64,000 nucleotides of DNA from Epiperipatus broadwayi (Eukaryota > Animalia > Onychophora), in NCBI GenBank assembly GCA_028023455.1, contig JAQFVV010000006.1, positions 18,910,001 through 18,974,000 on the forward strand, written 5' to 3'. Under the pieces are notes generated by a model. That model did not search any database. It saw only the letters and a list, made by a program, of their open reading frames with translations, and was not told the origin of the DNA. Of this stretch, positions 1-14,995 are shown piece after piece. Each line of letters starts with the position of its first letter. Positions within the stretch are counted from its first letter, which is position 1. The position numbers and the translations under genes were made by a program.

Positions 1-3000
1 CCTGCATTCATATCTTTGACATTGTCCACTGTAGATAAATATATTAATGATTATCTGGATTAAGAGTGATATAATTTCTACCCTAGAACTGATTAGTCTT
101 TATTATTAATGCATTTATCTATGATGGATGGTATCAAAGATACAAATACATACATTTTTAGATATAATTATTATAAAACATAAGAGGTTATGACCAGACC
201 AACTTGCCAAGTGCTGTTTTATACAAAAATGCATCTTTGTGTGAGGAGGAAGGGTCAGATGTCTATTCATATGTTTCATTAGTGGGTGATGACATAGACT
301 TTATAAACATTCACTGTGAAGCCCTATAATTTAACAGATGCACTGAATCAATAATATAGTCAATTTAAGATTGTATGTGCATTAATTTTATATATGAAAA
401 TTCTTACTTTGAATTAAATTTTCTTATTGGTTTCAAAAAATTAAATCTGTGGTGGTCATATGAATTTTTTGAAGCTTCTCAAGTTCTTATATATATTGTA
501 AATTTTATTGGTTTGCAATAATTTGTAAGACAAAATTTTTAAATAAAATATTCATTTTTTCTTGTTATAAAGTTCTATATAGTTAATTGATTGTCAAAGA
601 ATGTTTTCATACGCTGAATTTTTATAGTCAGCTATGTCTTCTCTTGTTTCCAATAAATTAACCATAATTAAATGAAATGTCTTTTAGCTTTAATACTATC
701 TTTTTAGTTTTTTGAATAGTCAGGAATTGATTATGTATTATTGCCTTCAGAATTTTAAAAATTATTTTTTATAATTAAAAAAGTTCACTTAAATAGTAAT
801 ATATGTACATTTTTCAAAGAAGCATTTTGCCAATGCCTTAATTTAAATATGGATTGGGCAAATTTGGAAATTTTTTCAACTTCCAAACATATTTCAATTT
901 TTTCTTTAGTTTATTGCCAACTCATGTTGCCATCCAAGTATTAATTGACAAATGGATATCAGATAAAACAAATATGGAAAAGCATTAAAAATCTTCACAG
1001 TTCAGTAATTGAAAAATGTGGTATTGCTTTTTTTCTTTACTGTGAATTAAGTTGATGACAAGATGATTATAGTAAATCAAAACTGTTTCTCAGTTATGAA
1101 GACAAAATTAGAGTTGCCGTCTATATGTGAGTTAAAATGCATGATGTTCAACAGTATATAACTGCTGTCAGCTTATAGTTTAAAAGTACAATATAGATAG
1201 TATACTTTATTATTTTTAAATAATTGTAATTATCTTTATAATCACCTCAAAAATTTGGCCCAGGAGCTATTCCAAGACTTTTCCACTTTGTTGAAAATTT
1301 CAGATAAAATTAAAATATCTTTTTTAAACCATCTACTATTTGATGTCTCTGTTGATTTCAACAGGCATTGTAATAATTTTTTATTATAATTAAGCATCTC
1401 TCTTTTTTTTTTTAAATTTATAGAAAGCTCTAACAAAATCAACCTATGTTTAAATGCTGAATATTTATTTACTTGTTGTGGATTGCAGAAATTTTGTAAA
1501 AACCTTGAAACAAAAAACAGTTTTTGTGATTGTGATTAAATTGATTGAATGAAACATATTTTGTTTTTAGCCTCCCTAATAAGAAATGTTTGAGTACTAA
1601 CATTGCAAATTTTTATCACGATTGATCAACACAAGTGATTGTAATCTTTAATATCCTATCATGATTTTTTAGAGGTCAAAATTATAGAAGAAAGAGAAGG
1701 GTTCAGCATGGAAGGCACAATGACACATAATTTAAATATTAGTCTATTATAAAATTTTTATTTCACACTTACAATTCAACACAATCCTGTTCTTGATTTG
1801 TGATACTCTGAAGTGCCACTATCAAGGAGTGTGATTTTAGTATTTATGAGATTGGAAATAGCAAATTGCTAAAGAATTAAATCTAAGAACAAACCTGGAA
1901 ATTAAAAATATCTTGAATGTAATGTAAATGGACTTCACATAAGTGTAAACAAACTTTATTTTTATATTTTATTTTGGATGTCTCTAATATTGATAATATT
2001 TATTAGAAAAAATTATTTATTTTATTTTGTGTAAACTATCTGTATAAAAGTAAAAATCTCATCTTTCTAACATTTCTTAAGTCAGATTATTTTTATAATT
2101 TAGCTAAATTGTTTAATAGATTTAATTAATATTCTCATGACATTTTCTTATCGACTTACTCAATAACATATGTAGTTTTCCTTTTTATATCAAAAACTTA
2201 ATTTTAACTAAAAATTAATTTTATAATAAAAGCTATGCATATATTGACTCAATAATTTAATTTATATATAATTATAATATGTTGAAAAGCTGATTTATTG
2301 TAGGCATATAAATTATGACAATTGTCTCTTTATGCAAACAATGAAAAAACACTATCAAGTGTTTAAAAATTCACATATGTGCATGCATGTACATGTATAT
2401 AAAAAGTATTTTTTTAAAATATAGCTAGAAAGATTGATGTTAATTGTTATAGATAGACATTAATTAAAGCTCTAAGAATCTGAAAAATAACAGATAGCTT
2501 TCATCTAGATTTCAAATCTCTATGTAAACAGTGTATCAACCCCAATCTTATGGTTATGGTCAAAGCATAGAGCAGTGCTTAAGGAAGATGACACTTAAAT
2601 GTTGATTAAAGAAAATACATCCCATATCATCAGTTCCACTCACCTAAAAGCTACCTGATGATAAATAATAATGCAAATATATAATATAAATTAGTAAACA
2701 ATTTGAAATATGTAATGATGAAGCATTATTAAACAAATACAATATTTCATGTTAAACGATATAAAGAAATCTTATTTAAAAGTCTATCAGAATGAAAAAT
2801 AATATTCAGGATTGAATCTATATGAATAACTTCATCAATTGGAGTAGTTAACTGAAATAAATAGGGTTGTTATTATAGTTTTGGATAGATGGATTGTTGA
2901 GATATTGTGATGAGTTTGATTTTAAAATACATTAGTTAAATTTGATTGATCTCAAAAAAAAATATTTTTTTTTTGTCACTATTAAACTACTTATTCAGGA

Positions 3001-4602
3001 AATAATATTTGAATTGATAACTAACCATGGAAGGTTTTAACATCATTTGTAAACAACATAAAAGCTTTGATAATTAAACTTTGTCATTAAATATTATATA
3101 CCATAATCTTGTGAGTTTTTTTTAATTAAATAATTTGTTGGAAAGTGTTGGTTGATTTGTTTAATACCACAATAAATTCTGTTATTAGTAAAAGAAACAG
3201 TTGCAGATATATAATTTTTTTAATACATTGTATAATAAAAATAAATAAATATATAGAACTTTTTCAAAGTTATTTTTTCAATGAAGTATTTCAAATGATT
3301 GAAATTTTAAAGTTTTTAATAAGTTGTAAATTATCAATTTAGTCATTGATTTGATTTAAAAAATAATTCCAAAATTTTTTTTTGTTAAAGATTTATTGAT
3401 TTTTATTTTTTTTTAAAAAAAGTTAAATTTTTCCTGTAAGTCTACAATTTAATGAATGATCCACATATCAAGGCAAATTAAAAATTAAGATGGAATGATT
3501 TCAAGAAAGCACATTATTAGATCTTTGTTATTTTATTACAATGGATGTTTCATGTTTTTATTTTAGTAATATCAGTTATTGCTATTTCATTTTACTTTTG
3601 TTTATTTTTGATTTCTCCTTACAATATGATTTATAAAACATCTTTGTCCATGAAGTATTCAATTCAATATTTAAATAAATGTTTATATTTTTATAAATTG
3701 TTACTTTTTTTTCATGAATGGATATGTTTTGTCCTTGTTTATTATTCTTTTCCATAAAGAAATTATAGTTAACAAAACAATGTTATGAATTCAATCAGCT
3801 TTAGTAATAGAAGTTTTCCTAAGTATATACCTATGCACATCTATAAGCCCAGAAATCCCCTCCCCCCCTTTATAATATTTTAATCATATGCCTATAAAAA
3901 ATGGAACTTTTTCTTCCTTTAAATAATGATTTAAAATGCAGAATTAACTGCATTGACAAAAGGAGAATAAAAAAAAGTACATATTACATAAAACTATTGT
4001 ATATACAGATATTTCTAGATTTATATGCAGGTTTTTTTTTTAATTGTATCATAGTTTTATGCATCTATTATTGCTTTGAATCCATAAACTTAAAATTTTT
4101 TTCAGATTTTAATCTTCTTCCAAGAAGCCAATTCATAATTAATTTAGCGTAACCATTAATAATTAATTGATAAATGAAAATCTAGCCTTGCTTAGCTAAA
4201 ATATAAACAATAATAGAAAAAAGAGTCAAACCATCACTTTCTGATAGTTATTGTGCCTAGTGAATAATGTTTAGTGTTCTGTGTTTTTCTCTCCAATGCT
4301 TTATTTAAAGATTGTTATGTATATAGAATTTATTCAACCTTTACATGAAACCCCAGAATAACATGTTAATAGGAGAAATATATTGTATCCCCCTCCCCCA
4401 TAATTGTATATTTGACTTTTCAATGAGAAAGTGTTTATTTATATTCAGGGTAATATTTTTTTAACAATTGTGCAAAATTTTTCACTTTTTCCATGCCACT
4501 GTATTTTTGACTAACAATAAATTCTTATCGGAGTTGAAGACAACCTGACTACAGATTGATCATCAGTAATTGGAAAGTTTTAGCCTCCAAATCTTTCAAG
4601 AT

Positions 4603-5012
4603 CAGGTGTTGGCAAACTTTTTAGCATGAAGAGCCATTTTGTTTCAATTTTTCTTCCTTTCCCAATTAAAGAACCACAAGGAAAGAAATGAAAAATAATC
4701 CTGAAAAGTATAAATTTCTGAATGATTATGGATATATTTTAATAATAGAATGTAATAGAATCTGTATACATACTAACAAAATATTGTCTTAAAAATAAAT
4801 AAATAAAATTTAAATATTGATCACATACAGTAATTTCTATTCTAATATAAGGCTGAATTTAAGAAACAATGATATAATGCACATTTTTCTTCTCCTAGAG
4901 TCATCAAAATGTTTATTACAAGAGGAAATAAAAAATGTATTTATGTTTATCATGCCATGAGATTGAGATCAAATAGCCACAATTGGCTCATGATCTATAG
5001 TGTGATCCCATT
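4603..5012. mobile_element. Degraded hAT-type MITE
   Basis: caggtgttggcaaactttt..aagagcca start and agccac..tggctc end motifs typical of hAT MITEs; no TSD seen. Confidence 0.45.
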
Positions 5013-5124
5013 AATAGAATAATAATAAAAATAAAAGTGTAAAAGAATACAAAATTTATTTCAAATGTATATATATAAGGAGGTTATATTCTGAGGAATA
5101 GAAATTTTTCAATGTTTTATTATC

Positions 5125-5397
5125 TAGATTCCTTTTTTGATCTTTGATGTATTGAATATCAAATAGAAATTACCCTCAAATTCTCTACATTTCTTTAAAT
5201 ATCTCACATTAGTAGAAAGTTTGATAATTAAAATATGTCTAAGTATTCCATTTTCGATTTTGGACGTATTGAATATCAAATAAATTTTTTCCTCACCATT
5301 CTCTTCATTTCTCTAACAGTTCCCTCCATATTAGTATAAATTTTGATAATTAAAATGTATTTATTATCTAAATTTCATTTTTGATGTATTGAATGCC
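5125..5397. repeat. Degenerate tandem repeat, ~118-bp period, ~2.3 copies
   Basis: Anchor gtattgaat at 5149, 5266 and 5386; ttgataattaaaat repeated. Confidence 0.7.
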
Positions 5398-8300
5398 AAT
5401 TTAAAATATATTTACATTATATTTACATGAAATAATTATCAACAGCAGTTTCACAAAAATATAACTTTTATTAAACACAATAAACATTTTTAAAATGTCT
5501 AAAATTTTAAAATAATATATGCAATTGAGAAATTAAATATGTGGTCCAAATAAAATGTAATTATTTTAAGATATATTTACACAATAAAATTTATGTCAGA
5601 TAACCAAAAACTATAATTCTCTCTATTTCTTTAGTAGGTATTTCAATTAGCAGGACACATGTTCTAATGTCTATAATCTGTTAGTCGGTGCTGCGTTCTT
5701 GTGATATCATTAGAAAATGATTGCTATTCCACCACATTTTTATATTGCAAATTACCAAGTTTTTAAAACAATTTATAACCTAAAGCAAGAATTCATAGCC
5801 TATGTAATTGTCAACAAAAATGGAAGAGAAAATCTTACAAGATTTGTGCAATATTTGTAGAGTTATAAAGTAACAAGCACAAATAAACATATATATAATA
5901 AAAATAAATAGATAATAGATTAATGGCTCATTTTTATGAACTAAGAATTTTAAATAATATAACTTGAAGCAGTCAATCTTAGCTTAAGATTAAGCTTCAT
6001 GGTTCCATCTACTAACCTGTATTCAAACCCTATATCCCATCCCACTCCTTTTGTCGTGTATATATATATTTGAGATGCGCGCCTAAGTTATGAAATTTTA
6101 ACATTTCAATAACATTTTTTAAAATTATTATTAATTATTTTTTATTAAATTAAAGTATATAGGTGTGGCTCAGATATATATTATAGGAGCAAAAATACTA
6201 ACAAAATATTGATTTTTTTAAAAATATTTTATTATATGTCATTTTAAGCTTTTTCTTTTTAAATTGCTTGTTTTCCTATTAAACTCTATATTTTATAAAA
6301 TCCAAGATGGAAGATGCAACCATTAATTGTTCCAAAAATAATTAAAGGGTTGGAAACACTATTGTTTAATCTGGGGAAGGAATTTTTAATTAAAGTTTTT
6401 ACTTAAAATAAAATGGAGATTAAGATTAAAGATTTTCTTTTGTTATAAACATTTTTGTCAAATCTATTTCTAATCTGGAAATAGATTTTAATTTATTTTT
6501 GAACATTATCTTACTGTTGCATCTTCAAAAACAATGGATAAAGAAAAGGTAAGAATTTTTAAGATCAGAGATTAGATTTTAAGCTAAAACTAAGTAATTA
6601 AAAGCATTCCAGAAATACTTGAGCAGAGTATAAAATGGCTGGATTTTAAATCACCAACGGATTAGCTACTATTGAAAGAACTGTGCAGTGAACATAACCC
6701 ACGCTGGTTTGAAAGTTTAAAAAAATAATGATTGAGTAGCAAACCCATTCCGTAAAGATCATCTTCTGCTGCCCTGAAATGAAGAAAAGCCTAAAAAGAA
6801 CTTTTGAATGCTGATCAGAAGCTCGCTGTCATCAAGAATTCACAATGATCCATTAAATGCCATACTTTGAAAAATGGACTCTTCAATGGTGCAAGGTAAA
6901 TTATTTCAAACTGCCACCATTGAAACTAAATCTTGCTTGCCTAACTAGTCTCAAACTCTACTATCAATTTCTCCTAATGTATAATTTAACTTTGTAACTT
7001 TTATAATATGTAAATTGCTCTTAAATAATTTCTATAAATTTAATCCTACCTCATATGCTCTAAGCTTTCTTTAATTTTTGTGCAGTCATTTATTTATAGT
7101 TATTTATTACTTGATTTTATATGTCTATTTTAGTTATTAATATGCCAATCTCAAGCAATCTGATGAATTGCATTTTGTAAAATCTTTTTCTAAACCTTCA
7201 TGAATCAGGGTTATTAATGTCCCCTTAAAACATAATGCATTACTAATTAATACTCTCAACAGATTGTTTTTACAAGTCAACATTTTGTTTATGTTTTAGT
7301 GTAAAAAAATTGTTATTTGTTTAACTCTGGATTTTCTATCTGGGATGAATTCAGAACTCAAGCTAATTAACGCTCTGAAATCATTTAAAATATTATTTAT
7401 TCAGTTCTGAAAGTGTGACTTATTAATTGTTTATTAAATATAACTGCTAGTTATTTTCTTTTTCCATACTCTTAAAATATATGCTTAAATATTCTCAGTT
7501 GTTGTAAAATCCACGAAGGTGGGATTGAATCATTTTTAAACAGCAGAAAAAAAGGGTGTAAATTTTAATGTATATTTTACTATTTTAGTTATTAAGTAAA
7601 ATCATATATTACAGTGGCATCACGCATTATCTGTATAAATTATGGCATTCAAACTAGGGTCATTTATTTTTACAGCAGTAAAACTTATTCAATGTCGTTA
7701 GTGACATTTATCATTACTGCATTACTGACATTCGGCCTATCTTCATATATATATTATGTGCTTCTAATCTGGGGGTTGCAACAAGTTTGAACCCATAGAT
7801 GTCTTCTCGAGCCTTGTCCTGAGGATAGTAAATCTTCCCAGGACCACTTCTTTCATATAAAAAGGCCTCTGGCGGTGATTCCCGTAAGTCTGGCAATGCT
7901 ATGCCTATCCACTTTCTTTATATAAAAGGCCTGTGTGTCAGTGATGTCCATGGTATGCCTTATCCATTTTTCTCTAAGCACTGTACAAGGGGGTCTTAGA
8001 CTTCATTTTCGTCCAGAAGCATCATCTTTTCCTCTTAGTTATCTACCATTATATCAGTACTGCCCAAACTTCGTATCATTATTATTTCTTTTGCTTATGA
8101 CCTAATTTCAGTGCTGTAATAATATTAAAATTGGGCTCTGCTCAGTATATATATATATATGCCAAATATTATTAACTTTATTAATTTATAATGTTTCAAT
8201 CTTATTATACAGTCCTACCATCGTAATGTATTACTGTATTTAAGAGTGTTTGCCTTGGAGAAAATAAAGCGTTCTTCTTACCAGTGCTAATTAATAGAAT

Positions 8301-11300
8301 TTTCAAAGTATTTTTGTGAGGTAATCAAATGTTTTCAAATGTATTTTATTTTCACGACCGTAATGACATGAAAATAGTTTATATTATATCTGTAATGAAT
8401 CCCAGAATGCTCCCCAAAGTAATATGATAGTCACCATGTTTCAGAACCGTAAATCAAAGCGTTAATGGCAATATTATGTAATTCTTTCTAATAGTTGATC
8501 GGCATCTTAATATTGGACCCACCAAAGATGTGTGTTTATTTATATTATTTAGCTAATAAAAGAGATATGAGAAATAATAGCGTGAATGACAATATATAAT
8601 TATCGTTTGGTAGACTGCTTGTTCATTCACGCACATACTAATGTATACAATTAAGTCATAATGTATAATCATTTGTCATTATATTAAACTATATTTTTAT
8701 TATCCAACTTGTCTGAGTAGTTCAAATTCCTCTTTTTCTCCACTTCCACACGTATAGTCATGCATATATATATTTCAGTTAATAAATGTCTCATTGTCTT
8801 CTCCGCTCTGCTAGTGGGCCGGATTTAAAATTCCTGTGTGCCATCATTGTTATGTTGTCCATTAGGTGTTTGATCTGGGGCTTGGAGAGTGGGTTTGAAG
8901 TACATTTTGTGAATTCCAGCTGATGTTAGATGGATATACATGTTTTGACTGGTACAAACTATGCTATTAATTAACTACAAATTAAATGCCTATTTATGAA
9001 AGAAAAAAGACTATTAGTTAAAAAGAATTTAAATTTATTGCTTACTGTATTGGGATGACAGTAAATCATCCTCCCCATAAAATATCTAATCATTGATGAG
9101 CAAATATAAAATAAAATGAATAAATAAAATGAGGGAGCATGAAATGAGAAAAGACTAAAACTATGCATATACTAATAATTTATAAACTAACTACAAATTA
9201 CCAAGAATTACACATAAACAATACAGTCAACAATCAGGCCTTGACTAGAACAAAAAAAATACATTATTGTCAGGCTAATTTTCTAGCCATTTTGACAACA
9301 TAGGGCACTATAATACAAACAATTTTTGGATGCACATACTTAATTTCTAATCTACTGTTTATAATAAAAAATAATGTTGAGACATTGATACATGCTGATT
9401 ATCTTCAATGCTCTGACCATATGGTACTATTAGGGTACAGACCAACTATAAACTTAATTCCTAATATAAAAATGCAGTGAATGAACTTTTAAGATGACTG
9501 ACATCTTTGTGCCATCCAGAGTTGTTATCAGAATATCCAAAAACAAACATAAACCTCAACATTCATATAACTAAACATTATTGCTCTAAACTATCTCAAG
9601 ATCATAAGTCTCGAGAGACTGTAACTGTGACAAGAGAAATATAACAGCTCACTCTATTTTAAATAATTTTATTGGGATAATTTTAAAATCCCAGAAACAC
9701 TAAGTTGTAACGAAATCCAGTCACATACATTGCCAATTCATAGAACAGATACCTGGAGGAATAAAGACATTAACACTAGAATATTTTTGAAACAATTATT
9801 TAATAAACTAATAACTGATTAATTTTTTTAAAAAAAAATTAAAATGGCATATAATTCAAACATACTTTTTTTTATCAAAAAATATAATTTCATATACAAA
9901 ATATGATTAACCAATTGATTTTTATTTGCTAAATTAATTAACTTTTAATTGGGTTATTTCCTTTTAAATAAAAGTTGCAAAACAAATTTTTCATAATCAG
10001 AGAAGGAAATTTTTAATTAGCTATCAACAACCCTTTCTAGAGGGAAAATTGAATGAATAAAAAAAATATTTCAAAAGAAAATGTTAAATTTAATAAAAAT
10101 TATTTTTATCAATTATTTCTATAATTTTTTTTATCTATAAATGAAAATATAATGTGCACATTAAATATCTTTTACCCTGATGTTGTTTTTCTTTTGACTC
10201 CTTTCACACTTGTAATTTAAATTCTTTCTTGTAGATTTTCTTCTTGAAGGCTTTTCTAATCTAAGTTAATGTACACAATCGAATTTTCTCCATTTTGCAA
10301 TAGAATATTTTAAGGCTAATATATAGAAAGGATTTATCTTTTTTCTTTAATAATTTTCTAAATCAGGGTAACACATGGGGAGACACTCATGCTCTTGGGT
10401 GAAGAGAAGACTTGCTGCAGATTACTTCATGGGTATACTTTTATATTTTTCCCAGTTAAGTAGGTTTAAATGGAGGTAGATGATTTTCTGTTTTTAGCTA
10501 AACTTAGCACATATTTGTCATTTTAGAAAATATTTTTAAACTTGAACTTCTGCCATCTGTTTAATAGTTGAGTCAAGAAAGACTTCTACTGTCCTCTTTA
10601 ACAGGTGGGTCAAGATTTATATTGCTTTCAGCAGTTGGATCAAGACTAACCTTTTTACAAGACACAGGTCTACTGATTTACCTTTTCCCATAGGTACTTA
10701 TTTGGAACAACTCTGCCTTCAACAAATCACAATCTTGTCTTTTACATGACCAAATGGGTCCATTTAATGAAAAAAATCTCCTGTACTTGTTTCTCTTATG
10801 CCAAAGTAAGTTAATCTTTTAATTATCCTGATTTGAGCCACTGCCTATTGTCTTGGAGAGAGATAAAGAGAAAGGTAAACTAATTAAAACTAAGTTTTTA
10901 ACAAAATGTTATTTTTTTTTTTTTTTTACAAATACTTCTAAGCACAAAATTTTGCCTACTTTATCTCTCTTAGAAAGTCAGAATTAAAATTTGTTAAATA
11001 ACTTACTGAAGAGATAGAAGAAAAGAAATTAAATAAAATTTTGAGATCACTCAAATCTGTGTGTTTGTTCTCCACCCTGCCTTTTTTTTTCTCTTTATAT
11101 GTAGATATAAACATGTAAAGAAATTGTGCAAAATAGTGATAATGCATATTGTGTATTATTATCCCAATAAATGCTTTATAAATTATATAGTCTTTGCTAT
11201 TCCAGTGAGTGTAATAATTTCACATGGACAACAGGGTATAAATTACCTTATTCTGGACTAATGATGATTCTGCACTTCAGATTAGATTAACTTTATTGGA

Positions 11301-12214
11301 GATCAAGATTTCTATTCTGGACAGAGGAGATGATCAAAACTATCTTTTAAAATTGACTAATTAGAAAATATTGTAATGTGGTATATTTCAGCATTTGTAA
11401 TAGATAAGGTATTTTTGATTTCATAATGAGTAAAAATTCCTAATATATACCTCTTTCCCCAAATGAAAGATTCAGCAAATAATTCTTATGGCATTATCTC
11501 TTAGTAATTAATCTAGAAGGATTTTATTAGTCTACAGCTAAAGATCCATTGATTATTGATATAAAAGTGTCCATTAATAGCCAGACAATAGTTCTTATAT
11601 TCACAGCTTTATATAAATTTTATTTTTTTGCATTATGCCTTTTAGTATATTTTTGATAGCTTGATCATCATATACAAGATATTTGGCATTCCAGTCGATC
11701 CTTGCTACAAATTCCATGATTTTTTGGGTTTTTTAAGCAATTGGAATTATAAGAAACAACAACTGTGTGTAACTTATTCAATAGTGCCACATAGTAATAA
11801 CCATAATCATTGTTTTAGCTACCAGATGAAGAATCCTTATATCTGAAAATAATGTCCATTCTTGATTTTTCATCTTGAACTTTGGGGAAAAAATTTATGT
11901 GGGTGGATTAAAATGTTACTTTAGATGATCATAATAGTCAGAAAACTGCAGCAGAATTGAAGTATAAACATTTATGTTGATTTGTGCATATATTATTTAA
12001 TGTAAAAAAGGCTTTTTTCAGCACTGTTTTACTACCCTCCTCAATATAATGTATACTATTGTCATTATACATAGAAACATCTATATTTATAACTTCCAAC
12101 TTTTGTTCCTTCCTCTTTCTTCGTATATATTTTGCAGCAATGAAAAATAATGATTTTTTTTTCTATTTATAGTTTAAATTACTATTTATAAAAATATGTT
12201 ATTATAATCATATC

Positions 12215-12330
12215 ATTTTCAAACCATTGCAGGAAGTTCTTTTCAACCCATAGCCATTCTTCTCCACATCACACTAATGAGTCTTCTTATTTCAAGCATT
12301 CATCTCTAACCTTCAACTAACCATCCATTC
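12215..12330 (-). mobile_element. Short RTE 3' fragment
   Basis: ttctccacatcacac...ttcttatttc is shared with 24497-24535; boundaries approximate. Confidence 0.5.
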
Positions 12331-14840
12331 AAAATTACATAATGTTCACTATAAGCAGAAAAGAAAAGATATATACAAATATTTAATAATTGTAAATAAT
12401 ATAAACTGTAAATAGAAGGGAAAAAAACATTACTTTTGATATGATTCTCTATGTGTAATATTATCTCTTTTTTTATTGCCATATAATGAATAGAAGCGAA
12501 AAAAGTTGTAGTTAAAAAAAAATTGATGTTGTTATGTGGAATGGTATGCAAACATTCACAATAATATATGTTTACATTGGGGGGGAGGGGCTAGTCTGAC
12601 CTTACAAGGTTTTCACCTATACACCAACATAGGTATGTTAAAAAGAAAGAAGGAAAGAAATGATATAAGTAAAAGTATTTAGATTGGATTTTTTTTTCTA
12701 ATAGTTACTAGTTATTTATTTCATTCTTATTTATACCCTAGAAAATCATGTTTGTTTTTTAAAGAAGAAAAAAAATAATGTAATTTTTCTATTTTTTATT
12801 TGTTTAAATTAATAATAATAAATAAAAATTCCTGATTTATTATGTGTAATCTTAGCGTTCATAAAAAAGAAAAAATATGAGAGATGTTAGTTTTTTATTT
12901 TGGTGTTTAGAAAGAAAGCTTTGTTTTAAGATAACTTTAATATCCTTATTGTGAAGAACTCTTGGATCATTTTAGCCAGCAAACAACTCTGTATAAACCT
13001 GATTAGAATAACAGATTTAATTTGGGAATTATCAATAGAGCTAAGATATCTCATTATAATGGGGCAAAATCTAATAAATGCACATATCTAAAACCTCCTG
13101 CAGAAGCTAATTTTAAAAGTGTCTCATTTTTACTATACATTAATCATTGAAGATATAAAAATAATATCACCTGTCATCATTCACGTGATTTCTATCTACC
13201 TATTCATGAATTCAGAATCCTGTTCTACTATCATTGTAATCGGAGAATAATTCAAGAAAATACATCCAATAAAGCTTTAAAGCATAAAACTGTCTTACAG
13301 ATAAATTTTTGAAATTGAACCTATATTTATAATAGTAATAATATTTATAACAAATATTAAAATTAATAATAATATGCTGTGAATAAATTTTGCCATTTTA
13401 TTTTCCTTTTTATATGTATTAAATTTTTTTCTCTTAAGATAATTCTTTTTTTCTTACAAACCCTAAAGCAAATATAATTTAAAATTGATTTCTTGTTCTT
13501 TTAATATTCCATAACATTTTTTTAACTTTGATACATATTTATTTATTGATTCATTGATATTTCCCAATCTTCATTTATGTTATTATAATTAAATAATATT
13601 TATATGATTTTTTTAAACTGGATGTAAGCATATCGGAGATCGTAGTTACATGCAATCCAATTAAATGAATTTTCTCCAATATGGATTCATACTTCAATAT
13701 ATATGTATATTATATTTTTTCATGCGTTGGATTCATCACTATGTTTTATATAAGGTATACAGATATAAATAAATATTGTTTTATTATGTTTATATTATTA
13801 TAAGTGTCTATTTTCTCTCTCCTTGCAAATCTAATTTAGTTATATATACACACACACATCCTATGGCAGGGTTAACATCTAAGAAATTAGGGTGGGATTT
13901 AAACCAAATGTATCATATAGATGATTCTTGTTTTAGAGATGGCACCCTAGTCTGTAATATGGCAGATATTTTTTTAATAATAGTAATAAATGGCATCTAT
14001 AATGGCAAAAAATAAACCCTCTCTATACTTAGACATGATGGTCAGGAAATATGGCTGGATATTGATTCTGATCATCATTATTTAGAATATTAAGTTTTAA
14101 AAAATAATTTATTGTTATTCATAACACCCATTAATCCCAGAGTTTAAATTCTCTTACATTCTGGTAAAGAGTTGTATATATTTAAAAGGCCCATTCCAAT
14201 GTTTATATTAAAGAGAGCAGTAAAATTTTGCAGAAAGAATTTTTTTTTTGGTATTAATACAATATTTGTTGTATATATATTTTTTTACTTTATGTACATT
14301 TTGTTTTCGTATAAATGGCAATTTGCTTTTTGTGTGTGTGCATGCTTAACAGACATTACTCTTATTAAAGTTTAAATGATAAGAGATTATTTCAGTATTT
14401 CTAAATATTAATCTTAACTTCAACATTAATTTTGTTATTTTATCTTAACTTAACTAACCCATGTATACTATACTCATATTCATGTATTAAAACCTCTGCC
14501 CAGTTATATTTTCCACTTTCATGAAAGATATTCTTAATGATGCTGTAGTAAACAACTATAAATTTCAGATGAATTAATTATATATCAGTACTCACTTAAC
14601 CAATCTAAATTGTTTGGGCTTTACTATACCTTCTAACTAAGAACAGACAGATTCTCATTTTTTAATCAAGAGTATGTGTGTTTTTTCTGAAAGTTTGTAA
14701 TGATGGTATTTTAGTTGTATTTATATATTGGACTATTTCCATCATTTAATATAAGTATTGAATGGCTTTAGAAAAATTTAACTTTATTTAAATATTCCAA
14801 ATACATTCAACTATTAGTAATATCACATAGGTTAGTATAT

Positions 14841-14887
14841 GCACAATATTTCGAGAGATATTATTCATCCCTCTTCTTCAGGTGTTG
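14841..14887 (-). ncRNA. Degenerate minimal hammerhead ribozyme motif (PLE type)
   Basis: CAC-CTGAAGA-A-GAGGGAT(GAATAAT)ATCTCTC-GAAA-TATT-GTG; 7-bp stem II. Confidence 0.65.
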
Positions 14888-14910
14888 CTGGCCTGACCAG
14901 TGACAACAGT

Positions 14911-14995
14911 ACTAGCATGGGAATCGAACCTGGACCCTTGTATTCTTGAATATTGAATTTTCAAATTAACACTCAACCAACTGAGCTATCCTGCC
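14911..14995 (-). ncRNA. Second tRNA-like Pol III module inside the Penelope terminal repeat
   Basis: On -: GGCAGGATAGCTCAGTTGG...TTGAAAA...GGTTCGATTCCC. Confidence 0.7.

Noticed and set aside
6600-6900. Possible hAT transposase relic (D*VANPF); likewise mariner/Tigger-like scraps near 45050, 58700 and 60640
   Set aside because: Only single short, stop-containing motifs; boundaries cannot be supported.
10690-10780. Minus-strand stretch RFFSLNGPIWSCKRQDCDLLKAELFQISTYGK ending at a GT donor
   Set aside because: Purine-rich acceptor, no partner exons, no recognisable homology.
11255-11340. C-box-like ATGATGA motifs (also near 2715 and 39800) as C/D snoRNAs
   Set aside because: No correctly spaced CTGA D box or terminal stem.
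1242-14375. The many 60-90-aa ORFs in the supplied track (here and throughout the AT-rich introns)
   Set aside because: F/I/L/Y/K-rich translations expected by chance from AT-rich DNA; no motifs or splice support.
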